Of a stretch of 64,000 nt of DNA, positions 18,144 to 27,228 are shown piece after piece. The DNA is taken from NCBI RefSeq assembly GCF_043426755.1, contig NZ_JBHWRP010000040.1, forward strand, positions 36,916-100,915, written 5' to 3'. Origin of the DNA: Corynebacterium sp. (lineage in GTDB: Bacteria > Actinomycetota > Actinomycetes > Mycobacteriales > Mycobacteriaceae). The notes below the pieces were generated by a model, which did no database searches, was not told where the DNA came from, and saw nothing but the letters and a program-made list of their open reading frames with translations. Positions within the stretch are counted from its first letter, which is position 1, and every line of letters begins with the position of its first letter. A program made the translations under genes and the position numbers.

Positions 18144-19469
18144 ATGGCTGGCATGAAGATGACAGTCATTGGAACTGGATACTTAGGCGCCACCCACGCC
18201 GCATGCATGGCAGAACTGGGCCACGAGGTGCTTGGCGTGGACGTGGACCAGCACAAGATCGACGAACTGGCCGCCGGCCGCGTGCCTTTTTATGAGCCGG
18301 GCCTGCCGGAGGTCCTCGAACGCAACCTGTCCGCCGGGCGCCTTGACTTCACCACTGATTACGCGCGCGCCGCCGACTTCGCCAACGTCCACTTTCTGGG
18401 CGTGGGCACCCCGCAGCAGCGCGGATCTTACGCCGCGGATACCTCCTACGTCTTCGCCGTCATCGAATCCCTGGTTCCGCTGCTGAAGGGCGAGCACATC
18501 ATCTTCGGCAAGTCCACCGTCCCCGTCGGCACCGCCGCCGCTTTGCAGGAGCGTGCCGACGAGCTCTCCGCCCCAGGCACGACCGTGGAAATCGCCTGGA
18601 ATCCCGAATTTTTGCGCGAAGGCTATGCCGTCAAGGACACGATTGAGCCGGACCGCATCGTGTTGGGCATCCGGGAGGGATCGCGTGCCGACGAGGTCGC
18701 CCGCGAGATCTACGCCACCCCGTTAGCGAATGACACGCCTTTCTTGGTCACCGACCTTGCCACCGCTGAGCTGGTCAAGGTCTCCGCGAACGCGTTCTTG
18801 GCCACCAAGATCTCGTTTATCAACGCCGTCAGCGAGGTCTGCGAGGCCGCGGGCGCGGACGTGACCCAGCTGGCGGACGCCATCGGATATGATGACCGAA
18901 TTGGCCGCAAATTTCTAGGCGCGGGCCTCGGTTTCGGCGGTGGTTGTCTGCCAAAAGATATCCGCGCCTTCATGGCCCGCGCCGGCGAGCTGGGCGCCGA
19001 CCAGGCGTTGACCTTTCTGCGCGAGGTCGATGCCATTAATATGCGCCGCCGCGACCGCGTGGTGGAAATGTCCCGCGAAATCCTGGGCGGCTTGCTGGGG
19101 CACCGCATTACGGTGCTGGGCGCGGCGTTCAAGCCGAATTCGGACGACGTGCGCGATTCGCCAGCCCTTGCGGTAGCGGGACAGCTGTCGCTCGCGGGTG
19201 CCGCGGTGAAGGTCTATGACCCGCAGGCCATGGACAACGCCGCCAAAAACTTCCCTACCTTGGACTACGCCGAGAGCACCGAGGATGCGCTGGAGGGCGC
19301 TCAGCTGGTGATCCTGGCCACCGAGTGGGCTGAGTTCAAGGAGCTGGACCCGGTCCGCGCCCGTGAGCTGGTGGAGCACGCCCGCATCATCGACGGCCGG
19401 AACGTGCTGCCGGTGCAGGCGTGGCAGGACGCCGGCTGGCAGGTGTGGGCGCTGGGCCGTTCGCTGTAA
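18144..19469 (+). CDS. ugd: UDP-glucose 6-dehydrogenase
   Basis: GTGYLG, KSTVPVGT, NPEFLREG, GFGGGCLPKD, AFKPNSDDVRDS motifs. Confidence 0.95.
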   Translation: MAGMKMTVIGTGYLGATHAACMAELGHEVLGVDVDQHKIDELAAGRVPFYEPGLPEVLERNLSAGRLDFTTDYARAADFANVHFLGVGTPQQRGSYAADTSYVFAVIESLVPLLKGEHIIFGKSTVPVGTAAALQERADELSAPGTTVEIAWNPEFLREGYAVKDTIEPDRIVLGIREGSRADEVAREIYATPLANDTPFLVTDLATAELVKVSANAFLATKISFINAVSEVCEAAGADVTQLADAIGYDDRIGRKFLGAGLGFGGGCLPKDIRAFMARAGELGADQALTFLREVDAINMRRRDRVVEMSREILGGLLGHRITVLGAAFKPNSDDVRDSPALAVAGQLSLAGAAVKVYDPQAMDNAAKNFPTLDYAESTEDALEGAQLVILATEWAEFKELDPVRARELVEHARIIDGRNVLPVQAWQDAGWQVWALGRSL

Positions 19470-19500
19470 GAATCAGGCAGCGGGGCTAAGATGGCTCACC

Positions 19501-19851
19501 ATGAGCGTTGGACGTGCCTACGTGGCTTTTGATCTGGACCAAGTCCCCCACAGCGACATCCAGGATTTTCTGCACTGGTTCGACCTTGCCGCGGAGTTTG
19601 ACGACGATTCCGGCGCCACCACCCCGCTGCTCACCCGCTGGTACGAAACGCTGCTGGCCCAGTACCAGCCCACGCCGGGCTGGGACGGTACGAAGTATTT
19701 CGTGGCCAGCGATTTCGTGTGGGCGCGCATCAACGCCCCGGAGGCGGAGGAGACCGCCCGCCAACTCGCCCGCGAACTGGGCGTCGGGTTTTATATCACC
19801 GGGGATTCCACCATTGAGGTAGAGCTTCCCGACGGCACAGTCATCGCCTAA
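19501..19851 (+). CDS. Hypothetical protein
   Basis: 116-aa ORF from ATG 19501 with host-like codon usage, filling the intergenic gap. Confidence 0.6.
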   Translation: MSVGRAYVAFDLDQVPHSDIQDFLHWFDLAAEFDDDSGATTPLLTRWYETLLAQYQPTPGWDGTKYFVASDFVWARINAPEAEETARQLARELGVGFYITGDSTIEVELPDGTVIA

Positions 19852-19858
19852 GGTTCGC

Positions 19859-21079
19859 TTAACGACGAGCTGCCGGCCGCACCGTCCACGCGGCAATCAG
19901 GGTGGTTACTGGCACCGCCAACGTCAGGCCCAAGGCACCTACGGCGGAACGCAGTAGCTCGGTGGCGACAATATCGTTGGTGAGCACCTGCACCCATGAC
20001 GCCTCCGACACCGTGACCAGCAACAACAATGGCAGTGCGGTGCCCACATAGGTCAGCACCAGGGTGTACACCATGGAGGCGATGTGGTCTTGGCCCACCC
20101 GCATCGCGGAGGTAAACAGGCGCCACGGGCTGAGGTCCTGATCCGCCTCCGCCAGCTCCGTGACCGTGGAGGCCTGGGAGATGGAGACGTCGTTCAGCCC
20201 ACCCAACGTGCCGATGATGAAACCACACAGCATCAAACCGGTGATAGAGACATCGGGCAGGTAGAGCAAGATGGTGAGGTTGTCGTCGTCGCCAAGCCCG
20301 CGCAGACCGGTGGTCCTGATCGCTAAGTCTGCAAGCCAGGCAGCCAAGCCCAGCGCGATCAGCGTGCCCGCAAGCGTGGATGCGGACTTCCAGTTCAGCC
20401 CGTGCACCAAGGGAACGGTGATGAACATGATTGCCGCACCAGCGACCACCGCCAGCGGCACCGCGGACCCGCCGTGCAGCAGCGCGGGCAGCAAAAACAC
20501 GACAATCACCAGCAGCGACACCGCAATGCCCACCAGCGCGCGCAGCCCCCGCCACCACGCGAAAGCGACGACCACCAGGGCCACCACCACGGCCCACGCG
20601 ATCAACACGGGCGTGCGCTGATAGTCCGCAAATGAGTAGTGCTTCGAGCCGTCCGGCTGGGTCGACTCGATCATGCGGATCTTATCGCCCTCCTCAAACG
20701 TGGGATTACCCGGCACCGGGTGGCTCACCAACGCCGTCCGCTAGCCCTCATTCACACCATTGGTGATGCGCACGAGCGCCCGCTGGCATTCCTCACCCGG
20801 AACATTGCGCACAATCTCCGGTGACTCCTCAAACGCCTGCCCCGTAGAAGGCGAGCTGCACTGGCGATCGTCGACAAGCTCAATCGTGCCCTTGACCTGT
20901 GGATGGTTCAACGCGAACGTGGAAGAAAACTCCGGCGCAACATTCGGCGGCGCAGACGGCGGCCACAGCAGCACCAGGCCGATCAGCGTGGCGATCAGCG
21001 CCACGCCCAGGCCTGACAACAGGCCGACACGGAACGGAGAGCGTGACGACGAAGGCCCCTTCGCAGCGTGGCGTCCCAT
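19859..21079 (-). pseudogene. YibE/F family membrane protein interrupted by an in-frame TAG
   Basis: MGRHAAK... (21079) continues in frame through TAG 20741-20743 into ...GTLGGLNDVSISQAS...DHIASMVYTLVLTY. Confidence 0.8.
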
Positions 21080-21080
21080 T

Positions 21081-22349
21081 TTACTGGTGGTAGCTCGCGA
21101 GGAAGTTGCCCATGCGCTCAATCGCGTTTTCCAGCTGGGATGCCCACGGCAACGTCACCAAGCGGAAGTGCTGATTGTCCGGCATGTTGAAACCGGTGCC
21201 CTGCACCAGCAGGATCTTCTCGGCGCGCAACAGGTCCAGGGCGAACTTCTCATCGTCGTGAATATCGTGCACCTCAGGATCCAGGCGCGGGAAGCAGTAC
21301 AGCGCACCCATCGGCTCCACAACGGACACGCCCGGGATCTCGCGCAGCTTCTCCACCGCAACATTGCGCTGCTTCAGCAGGCGGCCGCCCTCGCCGGTGA
21401 GCCCGTAAATGGACTGATGCCCGCCAAGAGCCACCTGAATTGCGTGCTGGCCCGGCACATTCGCGCATAAGCGCGTCCCTGACAGCAGCTCTAGGCCCTC
21501 GATGAAGCCCTTCGCATAGCGCTTCGGACCAGTAATGATCGCCCAGCCCGCGCGGTAGCCCGCCACACGGTACGCCTTGGACAGGCCATTGAACGTCACC
21601 GTGATCACGTCGGGAGCGACCTCTGCCATGGAGATGTGCTGGGCACCGTCGTAAAGAATACGGTCGTAGATCTCGTCGGCAAGAATCATCAGGTCGAACT
21701 CGCGCGCAATGTCCGCGATGCCCTCCAGCACCTCACGCGAGTACACAGCACCGGTGGGGTTGTTCGGGTTGATCACCACGATCGCCTTGGTATTGTCCGT
21801 GATCTTGGAGCGGATGTCCTCCAGCGAGGGGTTCCACCCATCGTCCTCATCACAGATGTAGTGCACCGGCGTGCCACCCGACAGCGATACAGACGCCGTC
21901 CACAGCGGGTAGTCCGGCGCCGGGATCAGCACCTCATCGCCATCGTTGAGCAGCGCTTGGGTGACCATCGAGATCAACTCGGACACACCATTGCCCAAGT
22001 ACACGTCATCCACATCGAAGCGGGGGAAATCGTCGATAAGCTCATAACGCGTCACCACCGCACGACGCGCCGGGATGATGCCCTTCGACGTCGTGTAGCC
22101 CTGCGACGTGGGCAGCGCCGCAATCATGTCACGCATGATCACGTCCGGCGCCTCGAAGCCGAAACTAGCCGGGTTGCCCGTGTTCAGCTTCAGGATGGTG
22201 TGCCCGTCCAGCTCCATCCGCTCCGCCTCCGCAGTGACCTCGCCGCGGATGTCATACGCCACCCCCTGCAGCTTGTCGGCTTCGCCGAAAATGCGTCGTG
22301 CTTGACGACGAGGGGGTGTGGTTTCTGGGGTCTGTTCACTATGGGCCAT
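21081..22349 (-). CDS. alaT: Alanine aminotransferase (AlaA/AlaT)
   Basis: LNTGNPA, GNGVSELI, INPNNPTG, DEIYD, GLSKAYRVAGYRAGW motifs. Confidence 0.92.
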   Translation of the reverse strand: MAHSEQTPETTPPRRQARRIFGEADKLQGVAYDIRGEVTAEAERMELDGHTILKLNTGNPASFGFEAPDVIMRDMIAALPTSQGYTTSKGIIPARRAVVTRYELIDDFPRFDVDDVYLGNGVSELISMVTQALLNDGDEVLIPAPDYPLWTASVSLSGGTPVHYICDEDDGWNPSLEDIRSKITDNTKAIVVINPNNPTGAVYSREVLEGIADIAREFDLMILADEIYDRILYDGAQHISMAEVAPDVITVTFNGLSKAYRVAGYRAGWAIITGPKRYAKGFIEGLELLSGTRLCANVPGQHAIQVALGGHQSIYGLTGEGGRLLKQRNVAVEKLREIPGVSVVEPMGALYCFPRLDPEVHDIHDDEKFALDLLRAEKILLVQGTGFNMPDNQHFRLVTLPWASQLENAIERMGNFLASYHQ

Positions 22350-22413
22350 GGGCGTTATTCTGCCACATCCCGGCGTGCTTATTGGAGGAGCAAGCCCAAG
22401 CGGGGGATCTGCC

Positions 22414-23022
22414 CTATTTCTTGCGCGGCTGGTTGAATCGCGACAACGCGTTCTGGGCGATGCCCATGGCCTCCCCGGTCAGCTCCTCCATCTGTCGCTT
22501 CCGCTCGATGCGGCGCTGCGCCGTTTCCGCGGCGTTGGCCGCCCGGATCTCACGCATCCGCTGGCGCTCCAGCTGACGCGGGCTGGGCACGTACCACTTG
22601 GCCGGGCCGACCTTCATCACGTACAGCAGGATGAACACGGTAGGGATCAGCAGCAAAATCGTGACACTGGCACCGGAGCCCGTAGCGGCGATCAGGCCAA
22701 ACATTGCCGCGAAGGAACCGACCGTGGTTAGCCCGAGGAGACCTGCGCGCGTTTTCTGCCCGCGCTGGTGCGTCTCTGCAATCTCATTAGCGCTGTAGAC
22801 CGCAACATCTTGTCCCGCCCCAGGTTGGTGCGGGATGTCCTGGAACAGCGGTGTGAGCTCGCCGCGGCAGTCAGCACCGCAGACGGCGTCGATCCGGTCC
22901 TCATATTCAGGCAGCGAGATTCGGCCTTCGGCAAGCGCGCGCCCGAGAGCGCTCATGGCGTCTGAGCGCTCGTCGTCGGAAAGGCGCATCTGCGGGTCAC
23001 GTGGCTGATATGGGAGGTTCAC
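22414..23022 (-). CDS. DUF1707 (SHOCT-like) membrane protein
   Basis: RLSDDER...ALAEGRI...EYEDR...LTPLFQDIP plus two TM helices. Confidence 0.85.
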   Translation of the reverse strand: MNLPYQPRDPQMRLSDDERSDAMSALGRALAEGRISLPEYEDRIDAVCGADCRGELTPLFQDIPHQPGAGQDVAVYSANEIAETHQRGQKTRAGLLGLTTVGSFAAMFGLIAATGSGASVTILLLIPTVFILLYVMKVGPAKWYVPSPRQLERQRMREIRAANAAETAQRRIERKRQMEELTGEAMGIAQNALSRFNQPRKK

Positions 23023-23064
23023 GACAATCAGTATAGAGGCAAGCCCGGCGGCAATGGTCAGCCC

Positions 23065-25806
23065 TTAGCGATCATCCTCCGGAGCCGGTGGCGCGGGTGG
23101 AGTTGGAGGTGCAGGCGGTGCAGGCGGCGCGGGTGGAGTTGGCGCAGCGGGCGGCTCTGGTGGTTCCGGCACGTTGGGCGCGGCGGGAGCCGCTGGGGCA
23201 CTTGGCGCTGGGGGTGCAGCTGGCGGGGTCGGCGCGGCGGGGGCCGATGGAGCCTCTGGCGCCGACGGTGGCGTTGGCGCGGACGGTGCTGCGGGAGCAC
23301 CTGGCGCTGCCGGGGTCGCTGGAGCTGCAGGCGGGGTTGGTACAGAGGGAGCCTTTGGCGCGGGCGGCGGAGTAGGAGCACCAGGCGCAGCTGGTGGTGT
23401 TGGCGCACTCGGGGTGGACGGAGTACTCGGAGCTGCCGGAGCCGCTGGTGCAGCTGGAGGTGGCGTTGGTGCGCTGGGCGCAGCGGGAGCTGCCGGAGCC
23501 GCAGGTGGAGTCGGAGCCGAGGGTGCTGCGGGAGCTGCTGGAGGTGGCGTTGGAGCAGCAGGTGCTGCAGGAGCACTGGGGGCCGCCGGAGCCGACGGTG
23601 CTGCGGGGGCGGCGGGCGCAGCGGGTGCGCTCGGCGCGGCTGGGGCAGCAGCAGGCGGGGTCGGGGCGTCGTCGTTAAGCGCGGCGGTTGAGCCGGTAGC
23701 GGGCTTGCGCTTCGGCGTGATCGTCAGGGTTGCGCGAGAGGGATTGACGAAGGATTTTTCGGCGGGGGCGGGGAGTTCGCCGTCGACGAGGATGGAATCG
23801 CGAAGCAGGGTGGACACGTCGCGCGGGTTGGCGGCGGCGCCCAGGGCCTTCACGCCGCCGGCGAACATGTTGTTGCAGAACGGGCAGCCGGTCGCGATGT
23901 CGGTGGCGCCGGTGGCCAGCGCCTGCTCGGTGCGGAACTCGTTAACGCGCTGGCCGATATTCTCCTCCATGAACATGCGGGCACCGCCGGCGCCACAGCA
24001 GAAGGCCTCGTCGCGGTTGTTCTCCATCTCGGTGACCTGCACGCCGGTGGATTCGAGCAGTTCACGTGGCGGATCGAAGATTTTGTTGTGGCGGCCGAGG
24101 AAACACGGATCGTGGTAGGTGATCGGCTTGCGGTCCTCCGGGCCACGTGGCACGGGCGTGAGTCGGCCTTCGCGCACCAGCCGGTTCAGCAGTTGGGTGT
24201 GGTGGAAGACGTCGAAGTGGCCGTCGAAATCGGGGTATTCGTTGCGGATCGTGTTGAAACAGTGCGGGCACGTGGTCACGATCTTGCGCTGGCCAGCAGG
24301 AACGCCGTCGAAAGCAGCATTGAGCGTATCGACGTTCTGTGCGGCCTGCATCTGGAACAGGTACTCGTTGCCGGCGCGTCGGGCAGGATCGCCCGTGCAC
24401 GTTTCACCGGTGGACAGCACCGCGTACTTCACGCCCGCGGTTTCCAGCAGTTCGACGACGGCGCGGGTGGTGCGCTTGCCGTGATCGTCGTAAGCGCCAG
24501 CACAGCCCACCCAGAACAGGTACTCGGTATCGGTGAAATCAGCGATATCCTCGCCGACGACCGGCACCTCCAGGCCGTCGCGGCGCGCTTCCTCCACCCA
24601 GCTTGCGCGTTCCGACGAGTTCCTGCCCCACGGGTTGCCCTTCGTCTCAATGTTTTTGAACAGGCCGGTGAGCTCGGAAGGGAACTCGCTTTCGGCCAGC
24701 ACCTTGAAGCGGCGCAGGTCAGTGATGTGGTCGATGTGCTCGATGTCCACGGGGCACTGGTCCACGCACGCGCCACAACTGGTGCACGACCACAGTACAT
24801 CCGGGTCCACCTCGCCCGCCATGGACAGCACGTCCAGGCCGGCGTGGGAGTCATAGTTGTCCAGCGCCGAATTTCCCAGGTCCATCATCAACTTCTTCGG
24901 GCTCAGCGGTTTGCCTGTGTTCCACGCGGGGCACAGTTCCTGGCAGCGACCGCACTCGGTGCATGCGGTGGAGTCCAGTAGCATCTTCCAGGAGGCGGGG
25001 GCGACGGCTTCGTTCACGTCTTCGTCGTCAAGCGACGGCGTCGGCAGCGCGCCCAGGGCCTTGGTGCCGTCGGGGTTGCGCTGGAAGAAGATGGTGAAGA
25101 ATGCGGCGAAGCGGTGCCATGCCACGCCCGCGTTGAGGTTGCGGGAGACGAACATGACGAAGAGGAGGCCGCCGAGCAGCTTCACCAGGGCGAATGCGGA
25201 CACCAGCGCGGGCGATGCTGGAAGCAGTTTTGCGATCTGGCCGCTGATGAAATCGGCCCACGGTGCGTTGCCGCCATAGGTGGCGATCTTTGCAGCCTTC
25301 ACCATCAGCATGCCCAGGCCCTCGGTGAACACGATCGCCTCAATCAGGTACGCATGCCACGACACGGAGTTGAAGAAGCGGGAGCCGCGCTCCGAATCGC
25401 CCAGTTTCAGGCGCACGCCTACTAGGAAGAGGATGCCGACGATCGTCGCGACCGCCAGCACTTCCTCAACTAAGTGGTACACGTTCCAGTCCGACAGGAT
25501 CGGCCACCCGCCAGCCGGGTTAAAAGTCTGAATATAGGCCTCAAACCACACCACGATGCCGAACAGGAAGCCCACCATCACCGCCCAGTGTGCGACGTTG
25601 ACCAGCGGCTTCCCCTTGAAGTGGGTGTGCCCGAACACTTCCACGATCACGCGCACCAGGCGTTGGCCCCAGTTGTTGAACCGCGACGTCGTCGTCGGCC
25701 CTCCCGAGGCGATAAACCGCAGCACCTGCAGCGCGCGGTAGAGGAAATATGCCCACACAGGGATGGAAAGCAGAACGCCGACCCAGCCAAGCACCGTAGA
25801 AACCAT
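23065..25806 (-). CDS. Membrane Fe-S oxidoreductase (FadF/Rv0338c-like) with Pro/Ala-rich tail
   Basis: TM domain, CTECGRCQELCP, CTSCGACVDQCP, cysteine-rich CCG domains (TCPHC, HDPC, CCGAGG, GCPFC). Confidence 0.9.
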   Translation of the reverse strand: MVSTVLGWVGVLLSIPVWAYFLYRALQVLRFIASGGPTTTSRFNNWGQRLVRVIVEVFGHTHFKGKPLVNVAHWAVMVGFLFGIVVWFEAYIQTFNPAGGWPILSDWNVYHLVEEVLAVATIVGILFLVGVRLKLGDSERGSRFFNSVSWHAYLIEAIVFTEGLGMLMVKAAKIATYGGNAPWADFISGQIAKLLPASPALVSAFALVKLLGGLLFVMFVSRNLNAGVAWHRFAAFFTIFFQRNPDGTKALGALPTPSLDDEDVNEAVAPASWKMLLDSTACTECGRCQELCPAWNTGKPLSPKKLMMDLGNSALDNYDSHAGLDVLSMAGEVDPDVLWSCTSCGACVDQCPVDIEHIDHITDLRRFKVLAESEFPSELTGLFKNIETKGNPWGRNSSERASWVEEARRDGLEVPVVGEDIADFTDTEYLFWVGCAGAYDDHGKRTTRAVVELLETAGVKYAVLSTGETCTGDPARRAGNEYLFQMQAAQNVDTLNAAFDGVPAGQRKIVTTCPHCFNTIRNEYPDFDGHFDVFHHTQLLNRLVREGRLTPVPRGPEDRKPITYHDPCFLGRHNKIFDPPRELLESTGVQVTEMENNRDEAFCCGAGGARMFMEENIGQRVNEFRTEQALATGATDIATGCPFCNNMFAGGVKALGAAANPRDVSTLLRDSILVDGELPAPAEKSFVNPSRATLTITPKRKPATGSTAALNDDAPTPPAAAPAAPSAPAAPAAPAAPSAPAAPSAPAAPAAPTPPPAAPAAPSAPTPPAAPAAPAAPSAPTPPPAAPAAPAAPSTPSTPSAPTPPAAPGAPTPPPAPKAPSVPTPPAAPATPAAPGAPAAPSAPTPPSAPEAPSAPAAPTPPAAPPAPSAPAAPAAPNVPEPPEPPAAPTPPAPPAPPAPPTPPAPPAPEDDR
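23080..23670 (-). repeat. Low-complexity coding repeat (APAAP/PTPP/APSAP units)
   Basis: About 195 codons of Pro/Ala/Ser/Thr iterations. Confidence 0.9.
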
Positions 25807-25875
25807 GCCCTTAGCCTAAACGGTGCCGCCCGGTTTCAGGCAGTCAGTATTCACGCATGCGCTTTACGACGATGG

Positions 25876-27129
25876 CTAGGCCGCATCGAGGTGGAGTAGC
25901 TGCACGCCGCGTTCTGTCAGACCAACGACGAGGGGCTTGTTGCTCAACTTCACAATGAAACCTCGCTGCTCAAGGGAATCTAAAGCGGGGCGCACTGTTT
26001 GCTTTGAGCGGCCCAAAAACGAAGCGATCTCGTCCCAGTTGGCCCCTCTGCGCGGGCCGAACATATAGATCTGGCCGAGGAGAAACAGCGTTTTCTTTTC
26101 ATAGTCGCTGAGGCCGTGAGGATTGTTGTCAGCCCATTCGGCCATTAGGGTGCCCAGCGCATGGAGCGAGGCGCGCTTGTCATGGAGGAATTCCTGCCGG
26201 GCCTCTTGCGCGTGCACCAGAATTTTCAGCATGCGCTCTAGGAAGAACGTCGCTTCACCGCGGTTGAGGGGGTGTTCTGCGTCTAGGAAGGCCTTATAGT
26301 AGGCGTTCTTTTCTCGCATGATCCCAGCAGAAAGGGACAGCGCGGTGGGGGAGGAGAGCACGTGGCGCAACCTTAGAGCAAGGAGGAACCGGCCGAAGCG
26401 ACCATTACCGTCATAAAACGGGTGGGTATGTTCCAGCATGAAGTGCTCAATGAAGGCACCCGCCAGGGAGGGGACATTGGCTGCGGAATGGATTCCCAGC
26501 ATTGCTGTCAGCCGGCCGTGAATGTCTGCTTCTGTGGCTGCGCCGCGGTGGATCGGCTCGTGGTGTCCAGCATCGAAAATGGAGACAGGGCCCGCGCGGA
26601 ATAGTTCACCGTCCAGCTGATCTTCGGGCGAGATCTCGTCGGCAAGCAAAGAGTCGTAGAGCTGGCGGAGATCCTGCAGGCTGGTTGGGGGCTGCGCGGC
26701 CGGGCTCTCGTCGAAAAGCGCGAGGTAGGACCGTGCCATTTCCTGAAACCGTTTAAAAACCGCGCTATTGCTAGGGGTTGAGCGGGCGGCCTCGAGGGCT
26801 TCGCTGACTTCTTGAAGGGTGGAATGGATATTTTCGATCTCATTTGTGGACTGAATTTCGTCTACGAGAAGCGAAAAGAGGTAATGGTCCTGCGCGGCCC
26901 CTGGGAGCGCCGACCACAGCCGCGACAGGTGAAGTTCATTGGTCCACACGCGCTCGACCAGCGTTGCAAGTTCTGTGGTGAGCACAACGAAGAGGTCGAA
27001 GTCACCGACCCTGTAGTTAAAGCGAATGGTCGACGGGCCGTTGAGCCGGGCAGCTAACTCGTGGTCCACCGCGGCCGCAGCGGGCTGCTGGGCCTGATGA
27101 AAAAAGGACTTCAGCGGCTTGTATGACAC
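25876..27129 (-). CDS. Fic family protein with C-terminal winged HTH
   Basis: HPFYDGNGRFGR Fic motif, N-terminal TNEIEN inhibitory motif, C-terminal EIASFLGRSKQTVR HTH. Confidence 0.9.
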   Translation of the reverse strand: MSYKPLKSFFHQAQQPAAAAVDHELAARLNGPSTIRFNYRVGDFDLFVVLTTELATLVERVWTNELHLSRLWSALPGAAQDHYLFSLLVDEIQSTNEIENIHSTLQEVSEALEAARSTPSNSAVFKRFQEMARSYLALFDESPAAQPPTSLQDLRQLYDSLLADEISPEDQLDGELFRAGPVSIFDAGHHEPIHRGAATEADIHGRLTAMLGIHSAANVPSLAGAFIEHFMLEHTHPFYDGNGRFGRFLLALRLRHVLSSPTALSLSAGIMREKNAYYKAFLDAEHPLNRGEATFFLERMLKILVHAQEARQEFLHDKRASLHALGTLMAEWADNNPHGLSDYEKKTLFLLGQIYMFGPRRGANWDEIASFLGRSKQTVRPALDSLEQRGFIVKLSNKPLVVGLTERGVQLLHLDAA

Positions 27130-27228
27130 GTCGCCCTCCAGTGCTGATTGCTAATAAACCATAATTTAGCACGCGCCGGAAGGGGATCTATCTTATAAAA
27201 AACGCGAATTTCAGAAGATAGTGCCCCG

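Noticed and set aside
20741..20743. Pyrrolysine or selenocysteine recoding of in-frame stops (also 61446)
   Set aside because: No pyl/sel genes or recoding element visible; the positions are not catalytic.
23174..24118. Gly/Ala-rich PE-PGRS-like ORF on the + strand
   Set aside because: It is the reverse complement of the Pro/Ala tail; no PE domain.
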